Source: Eledone cirrhosa
Lineage: Eukaryota
DNA length: 64,000 nucleotides
Assembly: GCA_964016885.1 (NCBI GenBank)
Contig: OZ024741.1
Span: 16,740,001-16,804,000, forward strand
Direction of reading: 5' to 3'
Position 1 is the stretch's first letter, and each line of letters begins with the position of its first letter. Below are positions 12,919-26,399 of the stretch, piece after piece. Under the pieces are notes generated by a model, which saw only the letters and a list, made by a program, of their open reading frames with translations, ran no database searches and was not told the origin of the DNA. Made by a program: the position numbers and the translations under genes.

Positions 12919-15776
12919 GTAAGTTACTCTTGAAATAATTCTTAATATATAGAGAAAAACATTTATTTGGAATTGTATTTGCTAGTATAGAGAGAGAGGA
13001 ATCAGGAGGTGAGGGGACAGACGGCATAGTATAGAGAGAGAGGAAGGGGGAAGAGGTAGGAAGTAGAATGACAAACTGAGATGGAGGGAGGGTAGAGGTG
13101 GAAGGATTCTTTGGTCAGTTTTGATAGCAGACTTCATGTCGTGGAGTGTAGTGAGTTAAAGAGAATTAAATAGATAATAGTGGGAGGGATGGATAGAGAG
13201 GGAGAGAGGGGGGGGGGGATATAAAGAGATAAATATATATATATATATATATACATACACACTACATACACATACATATACATACATATAAAAAATAAAA
13301 ATAAAGATAATAATGACAAAAATAAAAGCAAAGAAGGGGGTGAGAAAGAAGAAAAGAAAAGATAGCCAAGAAGGGGGAAGGAAGGAAGAAAACGAAAAAA
13401 TAGAAGAGGAATGAGGGAGAAGAGGGGGATATATGTATTGGTTTTGTGGGTAATTAAAGGGCTTAAATATAAGAGGGTATATAGTCTAAGTATATGCAGT
13501 TTGTCAGTTGGTAGTAAGAGGTTAAGGGTTCGATTTGTAGTGCGAAAATTTCTCTTTGAGTCTATGGTTACAATAAATTGATCTCTCAATTTTATTGTTG
13601 AGTAACCTATTCTTCGAACTTAAGATGTGGAACAGCTCAAGGTCGCATAATCGACAGCTTCTCATACCACTCCGATATGGGGGCGCGTTCGATAATTTTT
13701 TCCACTTCAGGGTGTATTGATGGTTACTTTCCCTCAGTTGCCAGGTCTTGTTTGCAAGGGTAGTTACATAATGGTGCTGGGAATGTTTCATTGCGTAACG
13801 GTGTGTATACCAACGAGCTTTAAATGTATTCCCAGTCGCTCCGATGTAATACCATTTCTGGTTGTCTGATTCCACTGTGCATTGGTAAACCAGGTTAGAC
13901 TGCATACATTCATTTTGTAATGGACATGTTTCAGGTAGGTGGCAGTTACATTTCTTGTTATGGGCAACTTTGGCATTATTGGTGGGCTGCGATGCCTGAA
14001 CAAGTGTGTTACGTTTTGTTTGCCTATTAGCGGGTGGTTGTGTATTAGATATTCTGTTGTGTTCAGTGGTAATTGTATTGTTATTGTTGTAAATTTGTGT
14101 TTTGGTGTTGTTATGTATCTTTTTAGCGTTAAGCATCTTAATGTGTGCCTCTATATTTGGTGCCGTGGAGTAGGATAGTCTAATAGATTTAGTGTTAAGG
14201 ATTTTGCTGTATCTATGCGAATCTGGAAAGTGCCTATTTATTATTCTAAAGAAAGTAGAGGGTAGGTTAGTACAAATAGAGGTGTTAATATGGGGTTATA
14301 CCAAATATATTTTCTACTGCGTGACTTGTTTGATTTCGATGTTGTATTTCTATTTGCCGTATACTTTGCAGTTCTATGCGTAAATGTGTGTATGCGTGTG
14401 TTTCTGGAGTTTGTGTTATGCGTGTTCGTGTGCGCTTCACAGAGGCTTTCATCTATATATTCTACTCTATCTAAGTGGCCTGCTTTGTCTAATGCGGTAT
14501 TGTAGTATTCTGCATGTTCTTCGAAGATTTGCCGGTTAGATGAGAGGCGGGACATCCTAAGGGATATATTGCGTGGAATGGATTTAATTATTGATAGTGG
14601 GTGGTTTGAGTTACAGTTGATGTATGCTAAGTTTTCATTAATCTTGTGAAAAGGTCTTATAAGTCCCGTATTTAGGTTAAGCGTCACATCTAGAAAGTTC
14701 ACTGTTTTAGTGCTATACTCATACGTTATGCTAAGGCCTAGTTTTCCGAGAGTCTTTCTAATATTCTTACGGAGTCTTTCTATGCTCTGGTTATTTAGGT
14801 TCTTAACTAGGAGAAGGGCGTCGTCTCTGTAGATTCCACCGTGAAGGTCGCTAAACTCGCTTTGTAAACTATGGGCTATGTAAATACCTACTAAGTCTGT
14901 GACTTGAGCCGAGTCGTTAGCCCCCATCGTGATGTCAAAGTTATTTAATCTATCCTTACGTTCCCAATAGGCGTTTTCAAATTTAATTATTGTTTTCCTA
15001 GCAGCTAATATGATTTTTATCTCAACGTCTGTTATGTCAGAATGGGCTTTGGCGAATGCTAAGGCTTTATCCAAGGTGTTGGGGGATATAGATGAGTAAT
15101 AATCGTTAATGTCAAATTGTATAAATTTAGATACTTCTTTGTTAGCTATATTGTTAAACCATTTAATTGCTTCGGTAGCGTTACCCCATAGTTTAATCAC
15201 TAGTTTTTTCTTCATTTGTTCTATCACTCTGTCTAATATGTTTACTAATTTTCCCAATGTCCGATTTGGAAGGGCATATAAGTCTAATAGTGGGGTTATA
15301 ATCAAAATTTACCCTGTGGTCTTTGAGGTTAAATGTGGGGGTACATGGCCTAAGTGGCTCCGTTCTGTCGTCTATTCCTAGGTGTTTGACTATATTGTGT
15401 GCCTCGTTGTTGATGTTTATCAGTGCCGCCTCATTAGTTTTTTTGTATTTCCTATGTAATTCCTTCCGTATGAATCCATCGTATACACATTTGATGTTTT
15501 GTCCGCTTTGACAATAATTCCATTGGTGGTTCGCAGCTTTTTTAGGAATGTATTTATGTCATTCTGGAGTTTATTATTCCTCCGCTTTTTGAATTTGATA
15601 TTCATAATCATCTTCAGTAAGTCCTGTTCAAAGGCATCCAATTGAGGGTTGGTAGGTGGGTTTTTACACGATTTGAAGCCGTATGTTTCCTTGTTATATT
15701 CCACGGTGCGACCATTACGTCCTTTGTCGAAATGGAAAGTTTTCTATCTAACTCTGTGTATAAAGTCGTAACTCAC

Positions 15777-15875
15777 TATTTTGAAAATTTGGACTGTGAA
15801 CAATTATAATTGAGTGGCTGCTATTTGCAGTATAGCAATATAAGGTTGCACTTACCAATGAAACGGTCGTAAATA
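15777..15875 (+). ncRNA. Type I hammerhead ribozyme, U3-A8 core variant (inverted pLTR copy)
   Basis: UUGAAAA at 15781-15787, 72-nt domain II, GAAAC at 15860, GUA at 15869-15871. Confidence 0.7.
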
Positions 15876-15922
15876 CCTGGATAAAATCCTTCTCTTAATG
15901 CTTACCTGTGTTTTCTCTTTTA

Positions 15923-15969
<47 letters not shown>

Positions 15970-15991
15970 GTATATTATGTGGGTATGGTGT

Positions 15992-16039
15992 TGATAAAAT
16001 AAAGTACCAGTAATGCACTGGTGCCAAAAGTAGAAACAA
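15992..16039 (+). mobile_element. SINE S1 3' fragment
   Basis: gataaaataaagtaccagtaatgcactgg..aaagtagaaacaa matches S1 with an internal deletion. Confidence 0.7.
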
Positions 16040-16077
16040 TTATATATATATATATTATGTATATTATGTGGGTATGG

Positions 16078-19000
16078 TGTGGTGTGTGGTGGCCGGAGAG
16101 TGCTCGACCGGAAGAGTGCTTGACCGGAAGGGTGCTCGACTGGAAGGGTGCTCGACTGGAAGGGCCAGCAGGTCAGCTTCTCTCTAGGTTGGTCAGCGAA
16201 GGTGGTGGACATCAGTTTTGGAGCTCCCGGTTAACGAGTTGGATTGTACGCACGTGGGAGAGGAGAAACCAGCCATTGGATTACCGGTGCCAGCAATAAG
16301 CGGTAAGTGAAGTAGCTTTTTCTAACCACAAGCTATTTCGTCACTGGAAGACGATATAAAAATAAAAAAATAAAAAAAAATAAAAAAAACTTTCTCAAAA
16401 ACAATGCTACTTGGAGAACAAAGAGGAGTCTGTTGTTTTTATTATTATTTACCGCAAGACAAAATTAGGATATGGCAACGAGATTACGAATGAGCGGAGA
16501 AGCGATTAGAGCATTTACCGGTGAAGGCGATGTTGTCACCTGGTTGCGAAAAGTCCGGCTAGTCGCAAGCTTACAGAAGATAGATGTGGCTGGCCTCATG
16601 GCACTGTACCTCGAAGGTGATGCATTGGCACTCTTCCTAGAGATGGATGAACAGTCAAAGGGATGCGCAAAAGATTGAGAGGCGTATGATGGAAGCATTC
16701 GCGGAAGGACCGTTAGCCGCTTTTGCTAAGCTGGCAAGGATTAGAATGGTGAACACGTTGACATTTTCACAGCGGAAATACGGCGATTGGTCATGTTGGC
16801 TGAATATCAGGTGGAATGCGAACGCACAGTGCGGTTGGCGTTCATAAATAGATTTCCAGACGACATAGCGGTGAAACTGCAGCAAGTCCCGGGTTACAAG
16901 GAAATGGAGATGCGTCCACTGGTGGAGCAAGCCCGCATAATAGCAGAAGATGCCAAGAAGAGTGTCGCGGCGATAGCAATGACAGAGGCCCAAGGCAGCG
17001 AAATGGTGAAAGCGAGGCAACCACGGCATGCGGTCGCCCGCGAACGTTTAGAGGTCGTTGTTTTAGGTGCCAGGGCTTGCACATGGCGAGAGACTGTAGA
17101 GAGTCACGGCCGGACAAAATATGATACCGGTGTAAGCGACCAGGCCACATCGCTACTAGCTGCAACAAGGGAAACGATCCAAGGGGAACTACTGTGCCAG
17201 TAGCTGCCCCTTACGAGTAGAGGCGCTGCCCGTGGTGAAAGTCTTCGTGAGGGGAAAGCCACAGCGAGCCCTCGTGGACACGGGCTGTATGACAACACTG
17301 GTGACCGCGGGGGTGGTGCAGAGGTGGAGAGGGAAGAGCAGCGTAAGGGCAGTCGATGATAGGAAAATTGAATGCCGAGGTCGCAGCGAGGTGGAGATGG
17401 CGGTACGGGGAAAGAAAATAAGGCTTTCTGCCATCGTAGTCGACAACGTGGTGGATGGGATCGGCATAGTTATGGGCATTGACAGAATTGGTCCTCTAGG
17501 AGGCGTCACAGTGAACAATGTCGGTGTGTCATTTGGCGGCGCCGCATTGGTATGCACTGTGAGTACGCGACAGGAGAACCAGAAGGCCCACGAGGAGAAA
17601 TATCCCGCTTACACTGTACAGGACAAAGACTTCAAGGCCGTGATCAATGGGCAACGATGGGTTGTTGAGTGGTACTGGAAGGGAGAACCACCAACACTGA
17701 AGACCAAAGTGGGCTGCTATCAACACACATTGAAGGGAGACATTAGGAGCGAGTCTGAGCGAGAGATGGATTAAGGAGGGCATACTGCTTCCCTGGAAAG
17801 AGGAGGTGAAGTGCGGAGTATTGCTGTTAATAGTGGTGGCGCAACCCACGAAGAACAAGGTGAGGCCGGTACTGGACCACACGGGTGGCGAGGTCATGGA
17901 TGTCTGTGGGGAAACCCTGCATGAGTGGAGACGCATGACAGGGGCTTCCGCTATCGTCGATCTAAAGTCGGCATACTTACAATTACACATAAATGAGAAG
18001 CTCTGGCAGTATCAGCTGGTCAGGTATAAGGGCCGGGCATATTGCCTGACCAGGCTCGGTTTCGAGCTGAGCTCTGCACCGAAGATCATGGCGGCGGTCC
18101 TCAAGACCATTCTGGGAAATGCCGACAAGATGAAGAGAGCCACTAACTCCTACATTGACGACATCCTAGTGGACGAGTCTGTGGTGTCGGCGGCGGAGGT
18201 CATGAGCCATTTACAGGGGTATGGACTGGCTGCGAAGCCGTCAGAAGCATTGGAGGGAGGAACCGCGCTGGGACTTAGGCTACGGCGAGACAGGACGGGT
18301 GTGTTAGTATTTCAAAGGGGAAATGAAGTTCCAGAACTGGGCCCAAGTATGAGTAGGCAGGAGCTTTTCTCGGCATGTGGAAAGTTGGTGGGTCACTACC
18401 CGATTGCTGGAGTGACAGTGGGAGAGAGGACGGTAGCCATGATGCAGGAGATCATGGAGAGGATGAAGGCCGACGACCCAGTGCGAGGATGCTGGTATGT
18501 TCCCATATCGCAGGGCGGGACCTCATGGTGCGATGCGAGCAGCATAGCGCTAGGTGTCATGTTGGAGATAGGAGGTGTTGAGCGAGGATGCAGCCTGGCT
18601 TAGGAAGGACGATTGCAACCATATCAATGTGGCCGAACTGGACGCGCTGTTGAGAGGGCTGAACCTCACCATGATGTGGGGACTGTGCACCATCGAGATT
18701 CGCACCGACTCGGCTACTGTATTCGGATGGGTGAGATCAGTGCTCACCAGTGAGAAGAGAGTGCGAACTAGAGGGGCGGCGGAGATGCTGATAAAGCGCC
18801 GCCTGGGAACTTTAGGAGAGCTGGCCACCGAGTTCGACCTAAGGCTGAGCGTAGTTTTCGTGGCAGCGATTGGCGGTGGATGTAACACACTACCGACAAG
18901 GAACGTACCTCTCAATGGTCGACTGTGGACCGGGACGGATGGCGATATGGAGGGAGATGAAGACTGGAACGGCCGAGGAAATCACGCGGACGTTGACGGA

Positions 19001-19557
19001 GGTGTTCTTGGAGCAGGGCCCTGTGGACGAACTGCTGATGGACAACAGCGCAGCGTTCCGCTCGGAGGCGCTGAGGGAGATGCTCGATGGATGGAAGGTG
19101 GACCGTTTCTTCAGAGCAGCGTACAGGCCGAGCGGAAATGGAATCGTGGAGCGACACCACCGGACGATGAAAGCAATGGCGGAGCAGGGCCACTTCTCCA
19201 ATAGAGGCAGTGTTCTGGTACAACATGTCTCCTCAGGTGGGACAGGTTGAGGAATCGGTGCCACACAGAGCAGTATTCAGATACGAGTGGCGGCACCCGT
19301 ATCTGAATACTGCTCGCCCAGTGGAGAGAGAGAATGCATTTGTGCAGGTGGGCGAAGAAGTCTGGGTTAAGCCCTCAGATGCACATTGCACATCTCAATG
19401 GGGAAGGGGAACGGTGACGGCCGCAAATTCGCAGAACAATGTGCCCATGGACAGAGTACCACGTCATGTCCTGGATGTCCGTACAATGGATGTACGGACT
19501 CCGAGGAAGAGGAAACCCAAAGAGCCGCCCCAACACTGCGGAGATCGCAAACCGTAA
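16078..19557 (+). mobile_element. Decayed Gypsy-like LTR retrotransposon (gag, PR, RT, RH, INT); probable 5' LTR 16078-16460, no 3' LTR
   Basis: Gag with CCHC knuckles in a shifted frame (~17055-17165), PR LVDTGC, RT VDLKSAY..YIDD, RH CDASS/AEL/TDS, INT DVTH..MDN..NGIVERHHR. A deletion between RH and INT removes the HHCC domain. Confidence 0.88.
16098..16161. repeat. 4 x 16-bp tandem repeat in the putative LTR
   Basis: g(a/g)gtgctcgac(c/t)ggaa repeated four times. Confidence 0.9.
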
Positions 19558-19669
19558 GGCACTAATCAGATTCTTTCTGACTTGACCACTACCATGTCAC
19601 AGTTCTTAGCCATTTTGAATTCGTTTCTGGCGGGGATCATTTAAGAAAAATCTTCGTCCAAGTGAGTTT

Positions 19670-19751
19670 GTTTCCTGATGATTTCAAAGCTCGAGAATTT
19701 ATCCTTGATCAGATATTTCCAAAAGTGAATGAAACCCCAAGGGGTAGAAAC
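19670..19751 (+). ncRNA. Type I hammerhead ribozyme with canonical core, in an orphan pLTR-like segment
   Basis: guuuc-CUGAUGA-u-uuca..ugaa-u-GAAACCCC-AA-GGGGUA-gaaac. Confidence 0.85.
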
Positions 19752-20239
19752 GTAATCCTGGTATGTTTATATACATTTTTTCTTCTAACTTTAATTTTAT
19801 ACCTACTTGTGTATGGTTGACGATATATTTAATCGATTTCCACGTGCTATTGAAATGTTGGATAAATATTCTATAGCTGTTGATCGCGAATAGATGGCTG
19901 TCGTTTATTTATCTATTATTTCTTCATAGGTGCCTTTTAATCTTATAGCCTGGTTTAATTGGTTTTTGTGTGGTTGATTATGCTGATTGGGAGAGGAAAT
20001 GGTGTATATATCTTAAATGATTCTATGGACATACTTTATATTATATATATATATATTATACAGTAATTAGGAATATTCCAAAGCTTGGTAGAACAAGTTG
20101 TGAGGAAAGTTATCAACATACGTTAAGGTGACTCGACAGGTTGGTAGGGATTCTGTAGTGGAAACACGAACAAACGAGGAGTGTAATGAAAAAAGAGAAA
20201 TAGGACGAAGGTAAACAGTTACAAAAGGATTTAATCCAC

Positions 20240-20340
20240 GTATTAACAATTGTTTCATCAGAATTTCAGTCCATTATTGCTACACTATGTAATAATAGGC
20301 AATCAAGAAAGATACTGTGGCATCCGAATTTTCAAAATAC
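20240..20340 (-). ncRNA. Type I hammerhead ribozyme, U3-A8 core variant
   Basis: guauu-UUGAAAA-u-ucgga..ucuga-u-GAAAC-AAUU-GUU-aauac. Confidence 0.8.
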
Positions 20341-23286
20341 AAAGTTGAAATGACCTTAGGAAATGAAATAAGGGGTAGTAGTGTAAGATAGAGGAACAGA
20401 GAGAGAGAGCGGCAAAAGAGAGGGGGAGAGAGAGAGAGAAAAGGGACGGAGGTAGGGAGAGAAAGAGAAAGAGATAGGGTGGTGTGAGAGGATTTGTATA
20501 GAATATAGTTAAGTTACAAGAAGGGAGGGGGAGGAGGGTTGTGTGCTAAAAGTTGTGATGAGTAGAGGGAGAGAGAAGGAAGATAGAATTTTAAGTGGCA
20601 GTTGGTAGTGGACAGGCGAAAGTTTTACCAGAGAATAGATGAAGGAAGAAAGTATTAAATTTCATATATAGTCTATTTTTAGGAGTGTAGAATTGTTATT
20701 TAGGGTAGAAAAGGAAGAGAGGTAGTGTTAAGATTTAGTTGAAGGTTTGAAGTGTGAGAACTTCGCTTTTAGTTTATGCTGGCAAAAGATTGACCTTTCA
20801 ATTTTGTTGTTGAGTAGTTGGTGGCCTGAGCTTAGGATATGGAAGAGCTCATTATTACACAACGGGCACGTTTTCATCCCACTCCAGTATGGAGGATCAT
20901 CTGAGAGTTTAGTCCATTTAAGGGTGTATTGTCGGTTACTCCCTTTTAAGTGCCAAATTTTGTCGGCGAGAGTCGTTACGTAATGGTGTTGGGGGTGCTT
21001 TATTGTGTAACGATGCGTGTACCAACGAGTTTTGAAGGTGTTTGCAGTGCTGCCTATGTAGTGCCAGGTTTGGTTGTCCGACTCAACCGAGCACCTGTAC
21101 ACTAGGTTTGAATGCAAACATTCGTTATTCAATGGACAAGTCTCTGGAAGGTGGCAATTACAATTTCTGTTATGGGCAGTGGTGGAGTTATAGGTGGGCT
21201 GGGATGTGTGTGTGAGTGTGTTTTGTGCATACTGTTTGTTAGTGGGTGGCTGTGTATTAGGTGTATTATTGTGTTGAGTGATTGGGGTATTGTTGTTACG
21301 GAGTTTTTTGGCGTTGAGCATCTTAATGTGTGCGTCTAGGTTTGGTGCAGTGGAATAAGATAGTCTAATTGTTTTGGTATTAAGTATACTACTATATTTA
21401 TGTGAATTTGGAAAGTGTTTTTTTATAATTTTGTAGAATGTGGAAGGTAAGTTAGAGCTAATAGAAGAGTTAAAAGTAGGATTATACCAAATGTAAGATC
21501 TACTCCGTGTTCTGTTTTGCTTTGATGCTGCTGTTGTATTTGTGGTGTGGTTAGTATTAGGTGGTCTAGGTGTGTGTGTGCGGGTGTTTGTGGGGCGTTT
21601 GGCATGTCTATGGTTGTGTTTTATGGTTGTGTCGGTCTATGTATTCTAGTTTGTCGGTGTGGCCAGCCCGTTCTAATGCAGTGTTGTAATATTCAGCGTG
21701 TTGATCAAATATTTGTTGGTTAGATGAGAGGCGGGATATTCTAAGTGATATACTATGTGGCAAGGACCTTATAATAGATAGTGGGTGGTTAGAGCTAGTG
21801 TGGATGTAGGTGAGGTTCTCATTGTTTTTGTGAAAGGGTGTGATAGTTTGGGTGTTGAGGTTGAAGGTGGCATCCAGGAAGTTAACTACTTTGGTACTAT
21901 ATTCGTAGGTGATTTTAAGGCCAAGGCTATTTAGGGTTCTTCTAATGCTCTTACGGGTTCGCTCTATGTTTTGTTTATTCATGTTTTTAACTAATAGAAG
22001 AGCGTCATCTCTATATATTCCGCCTTGAAGGTAACTAAATTTATTATGTAAGGTGTGGGCTATGTATATACCAACAATATCCGTAACTTGTGCTGAGTCA
22101 TTAGCACCCATAGTTATGTCAAAGTTATTCTATCCTTACGTACCCAAAAGTTATTTTCAAATTTAATTATCGTCTTTCTAGCTGCTAGGATAATGTTTAT
22201 TTCGTCGTCGGTTAAGTCAGAGTTGGCTTTCGCAAATGCTAGTGCCTTGTTTAGAGTATCGGGTGATATGGAGGAGTAATAGTCATTAATGTCGAATTGT
22301 ATAAATTTAGAGGTATTTTTGTTATCTATACTATTAAACCATTTAATTGTGTCGCTAGTATTGTCCCAAAGTTTAATAACTAGTTTATTCCTTAATTGTA
22401 TTATTATTCTATCTAAAATATGCTTGCTAATTTTACCTATGTCTGACTTAGAAGGGCATATTAATCTAATTGTGGGTTTATCTAGGAAATCTAATTTGTG
22501 GTCCTTAAGATTAAAGGTGGGGGTGCAAGTTGTCATGGGCTCAGTTCTATCTTCAAGTTCTAGACTTTTGACGATATGGTGTGCTTGTTTGTTGATGTTA
22601 AGTAGTGCTTGGTTATTGGTTTTCTTATATTTTTTATGTAATTCCTTCCGTATAAGGTCGTGGTGGGTATTAATGTCCATTGTGTACACGTTAGATGTTT
22701 TATCCGCTTTGACAATAATCCCGTTAGTAGTGCGCAGCTTGTTTAGAAAGGTATCCATGTCTTTATGAAGCTTATTGGCTTTGAACTTCTTATATTTAGT
22801 ATTCATGACCATCTTAAGTAAGTTTGGTTCAAAGGCGTCCAGTAGAGGGTTAGTGGGTGGGTTTTACAGGAGTTGAACCCATATGTATTCTTTCCAGAGT
22901 TCGCGGTATAATCATTACGTCCTTTGTCGAAGTGGAATGTTTTCCATCTGACGCGGCGTATGAAATCGTTGGTGCGCTGGATCATTCCAAGAGTGTAATC
23001 CTTCCTTTTGGGTAAAGGTATATTCTATAGGGACATACCGATGTAATGTTTTTCCATGTCCAAGGCGTAAGTTGAAGTGGTGGCTCAACCAGATAGGAGC
23101 ATAAATTCAGTTATTAGGAGTATTCCAAAGCTTGGTAGAACAAGTTGTGAGGAAAGTTCTCAACATACGTTAAGGTGACTCGACAGGTTGGTAGGGATTC
23201 AGTAGTGGAAACACGAACAAACGAGGAGTGTAATCGAAGAAGAGAAATAGGACGAAGGTAAACAGTTACAAAAGAATTTAATCCAC

Positions 23287-23387
23287 GTATTAACAATTGT
23301 TTCATCAGAATTTCAGTCCATTATTGCTACACTATGTAATAATAGGCAATCAAGAAAGATACTGTGGCATCCGAATTTTCAAAATAC
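23287..23387 (-). ncRNA. Type I hammerhead ribozyme, U3-A8 core variant (second pLTR)
   Basis: Same sequence as 20240-20340. Confidence 0.8.
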
Positions 23388-23780
23388 AAAGTTGAAATGA
23401 CCTTAGGAAATGAAATAAGGGGTAGTAGTGTAAGATAGAGGAACAGAGAGAGAGAGAGAGGGGCAAAAGAGAGGGAGAGAGAGAGAGAGAGAAAAGGGAC
23501 GGAGGTAGGGAGAGAAAGAGAAAGAGATAGGGTGGTGTGAGAGGATTTGTATAGAATATAGTTAAGTTACAAGAAGGGAGGGGGAGGAGGGTTGTGTGCT
23601 AAAAGTTGTGATGAGTAGAGGGAGAGAGAAGGCAGATAGAATTTTAAGTGGCAGTTGGTAGTGGACAGGCGAAAGTTTTACCAGAGAATAGATGAAGGAC
23701 GTATTAAATTTCATATATAGTCTATTTTTACGAGTGTAGAATTGTTATTTATATATATATTACATATATAAATATATAAA

Positions 23781-23935
23781 ATGGACATGTTGGCGCCACA
23801 TAAAAAAGCACCCAGCACTCACTGTAAATGAGGTTGGTGTTAGGAAGGGCATCCAGCTGTAGAAATCAAGCCAGAATCAGTTTTCGTCCCACCCTTGCAA
23901 GCAGGGAAAAGCGGACGTAAAATGAAATGAATGAA
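23781..23935 (+). mobile_element. RTE-B/SINE-type 3' end with alternative tail
   Basis: Shared gttggtgttaggaagggcatccagc module. The tail cccttgcaagcagggaaaagcggacgtaaaatga is the same as at 58284. Confidence 0.8.
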
Positions 23936-24018
23936 TATAATATATATAGATATAATATATATAGAGATATAATATAATATATATAGATATATATAATATA
24001 TATATATATATAATATAT

Positions 24019-24440
24019 AACAAAGGAATTGTGGTAAGGAACCAGATGGACCATAATGCACCAGAGTACTCAATACTTAGGGTAGTAGAGTGGGAAATAG
24101 GAAAAAGTATGACCCCGACGGCAGAGCTCAAGCCGTTTCAATGGCTATTTCTGGACTAAATTAGAATTTTTAGCCTGGTGAATAAATAGAACTTTTCAAG
24201 GGAGTACTTCCTTATAAGGGAAGATTGTAGTTGTCAAGAGGATTGGTTAAAATTTGTTGTAAACACATAAGTCTTATCATGGCATTTCATGAAAGTGAAA
24301 TATATACAGCAGATTCTGAGGATAGAGTATGATGTGGAGGAGGGAGGTTATAGAATAGGTAAATCAAATGAGAGTAGGAGACAATAAAAGATAATAGAAT
24401 GAAATAAAAAAATATATAAAATTAGATAGTGAGAAATGAA
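24019..24440 (-). mobile_element. PLE pLTR remnant with a degenerate hammerhead
   Basis: Matches 1148-1283. The minus strand reads TTGAAAA..ctattt/aaatag..GAAACGG. Confidence 0.55.
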
Positions 24441-24811
24441 TAAAAAAAAATCACAATGCTATCTTACAACTACAGGTTAATAAGTTGAGAATAGAAAAAA
24501 CTTGTAGAAATTGAGTAGTACCAGAACTGATACAGAATTAAAGGGGTTTAACACGTCTGCTATAAGTAGTTAGTAAAACGTATTCGGCCAATTCTATCTT
24601 AAGATTACAGGGGTGGGGGAACTGATGCTACAGAGGCCCGATGGGCTGCATCGGGGTAGGCGAAGGGGAAAAGCAGACGAGGAAGAAAATAGGGGGTGGA
24701 AGGAAGTGATGGGATGAGACAGGGGGAAGACAAAGAGAAAAAGAAAAGAGATACATCTACCTAAGTAAGCTGGGGTTTCCCCTAACTTATTCGGAACGTA
24801 GGGAGGTATCA

Positions 24812-26016
24812 GCCCTTTATAAACCCAACGAAGTCGGACATAGGGAGAATCAGTAAAAAGATCCTAGACCGAGTTATACCAAAAGTTAAGCAAAATGTGA
24901 GACTTAGCCTATGGGTCAGCACCCAGGAAGTAATTTCATGGTTCAGGAATATGGAGGACAAACGAGATACAAAATTCATCCAGTTTGACATAGAGAGTTA
25001 CTATGCATCTATTACCTTACTGCTCCTTACGGCCGCCTTGGACTTTGCCGAAACACTCACACCCATCACTGAGCAGGAAAGAAATATCTTTCTCCACGCC
25101 AGGAAGACAGTCCTACTTTTCGACAACTCTAAGTGGATAAAGAGAGCACCCGACTCCCCCTTCGACGTCAGTATGGGCGCGACGGATTTGGCCGAGGTCA
25201 CAGATCTTGTAGGATTATTCCTACTATTTAAACTCACCGAAATGTTTCCTGCATTCGGCGGTGGATTGTAGCGGGATGATGGGCTCCTCACCCTCAAAAG
25301 GTACAACCCCAGTAGTACAGACCGGGTCCATAAATAACTAATCAACTTCTTCCGGGACTGGGGATTTAAAATCACCCTACAAATATCCCTAATCCGAGTC
25401 AATTTCCTGGACGTTACCCTTAACCTCGAAAATGATCTGTACTACCCACACAGGAAACCAAACGACAACCTGCACTACATCCACCGCCACTCTAACCATC
25501 CTAGAAACATCACCAATAACCTGGTTAAAAACATCTCCCTTCGCATATCTCGTTTGTCCGCTAATGAGCAGATATTCGACGAACACGCGCCTCATTACAA
25601 CCAGGCCCTCAAGCGGAGTGGCTTCCGGGAGGAAATATTCTTTTATCCAGCTTCCGTTAGCGGAACCAGCAGGCGACACCGCCACCCACGCAATGTAACG
25701 TGGTTCAATCCTCCCCATAATGCCGAGGTGGCAACACCTATCGGGAAAATCTTCTTTAGACTCCTCGAAAAACACTTTCCACTACAACGCCGCTACCACA
25801 ACATAATCAACAAAAACACCGTCAAACTCTCCTACAGCACCACACCTAACTTCGCACAAAACATCGTCTCCTTAAACAACAAAAAACTCAACCCCCATGG
25901 AAGAAATAACCTAGACATCAGTGGAGAGCCGACCAGGAGGTGTAACTGCCCTGATAGATCTACGTGCCTCCTCAAAAACAAATGCCGAGAACGTAACGTG
26001 ATCTCCCAGTGCAACG
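24812..26016 (+). mobile_element. PLE internal fragment (RT to CNC motif)
   Basis: QFDIESYY, FDVSMGATDLAEVTDLVG, WFNPP, CNC..C. Confidence 0.9.
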
Positions 26017-26332
26017 TGAGTTTCAGAATGGTAGATAACGAGTGGCTTTAGCTTTAAATCTCCTTCTGCATTCCCTCCAAGTAACAGAGTAATGCGGTCC
26101 TTTGAGGATTTGAACCCCTTCGCACTTTTCTCCTCCTTGTCAATATAAGTATTACTGGTCATCTTTTTCCAATAAAGTCCTGTTTCATCATAATTAATAA
26201 CCTGTTTTTTGCTGTACCCCTTCTCTGCAATGCATTTCTCTAACTCTGCCTTGAATTTTTCAGCACTCTCTTTGTCGGAACTGGCAGCCTCACCAGCAAC
26301 TTTTATGTTGTGAAGACTCGAACGTCGTTTGA
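26017..26332 (-). mobile_element. Tigger/pogo DNA transposase fragment
   Basis: GEAASSD..NYDETGLYWKKM..TYI..EEK...GFK..KDRITLLLGGNAEGDLKLKPLVIYHSE. Confidence 0.88.
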
Positions 26333-26399
26333 TATCTATATATATTATATTATATATATTATATCTATATATATTATATCTATATATATATATATATAT

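Larger units (their letters stand above)
12633..15926 (-). mobile_element. PLE with a 3' pLTR and an inverted partial pLTR at its truncated 5' end
   Basis: ORFs 15420-15704, 14241-15305 (MGANDSAQVTDLVG, YRDD) and 13522-14136 (LVY..YIG). 12766-12927 is the reverse complement of 15768-15926. Confidence 0.93.
20067..23751 (-). mobile_element. Nearly complete PLE between ~635-bp direct pLTRs (20067-20702 and 23113-23751)
   Basis: Broken ORF from 23057 to 20728: FIRRVRWK, KADKT, QFDINDYY, MGANDSAQVTDIVG, YRDD, LVY..YIG. Confidence 0.95.

Noticed and set aside
16098-16161. Short regular repeats as a CRISPR-like array
   Set aside because: Head-to-tail 16-mers with no spacers, inside a eukaryotic LTR
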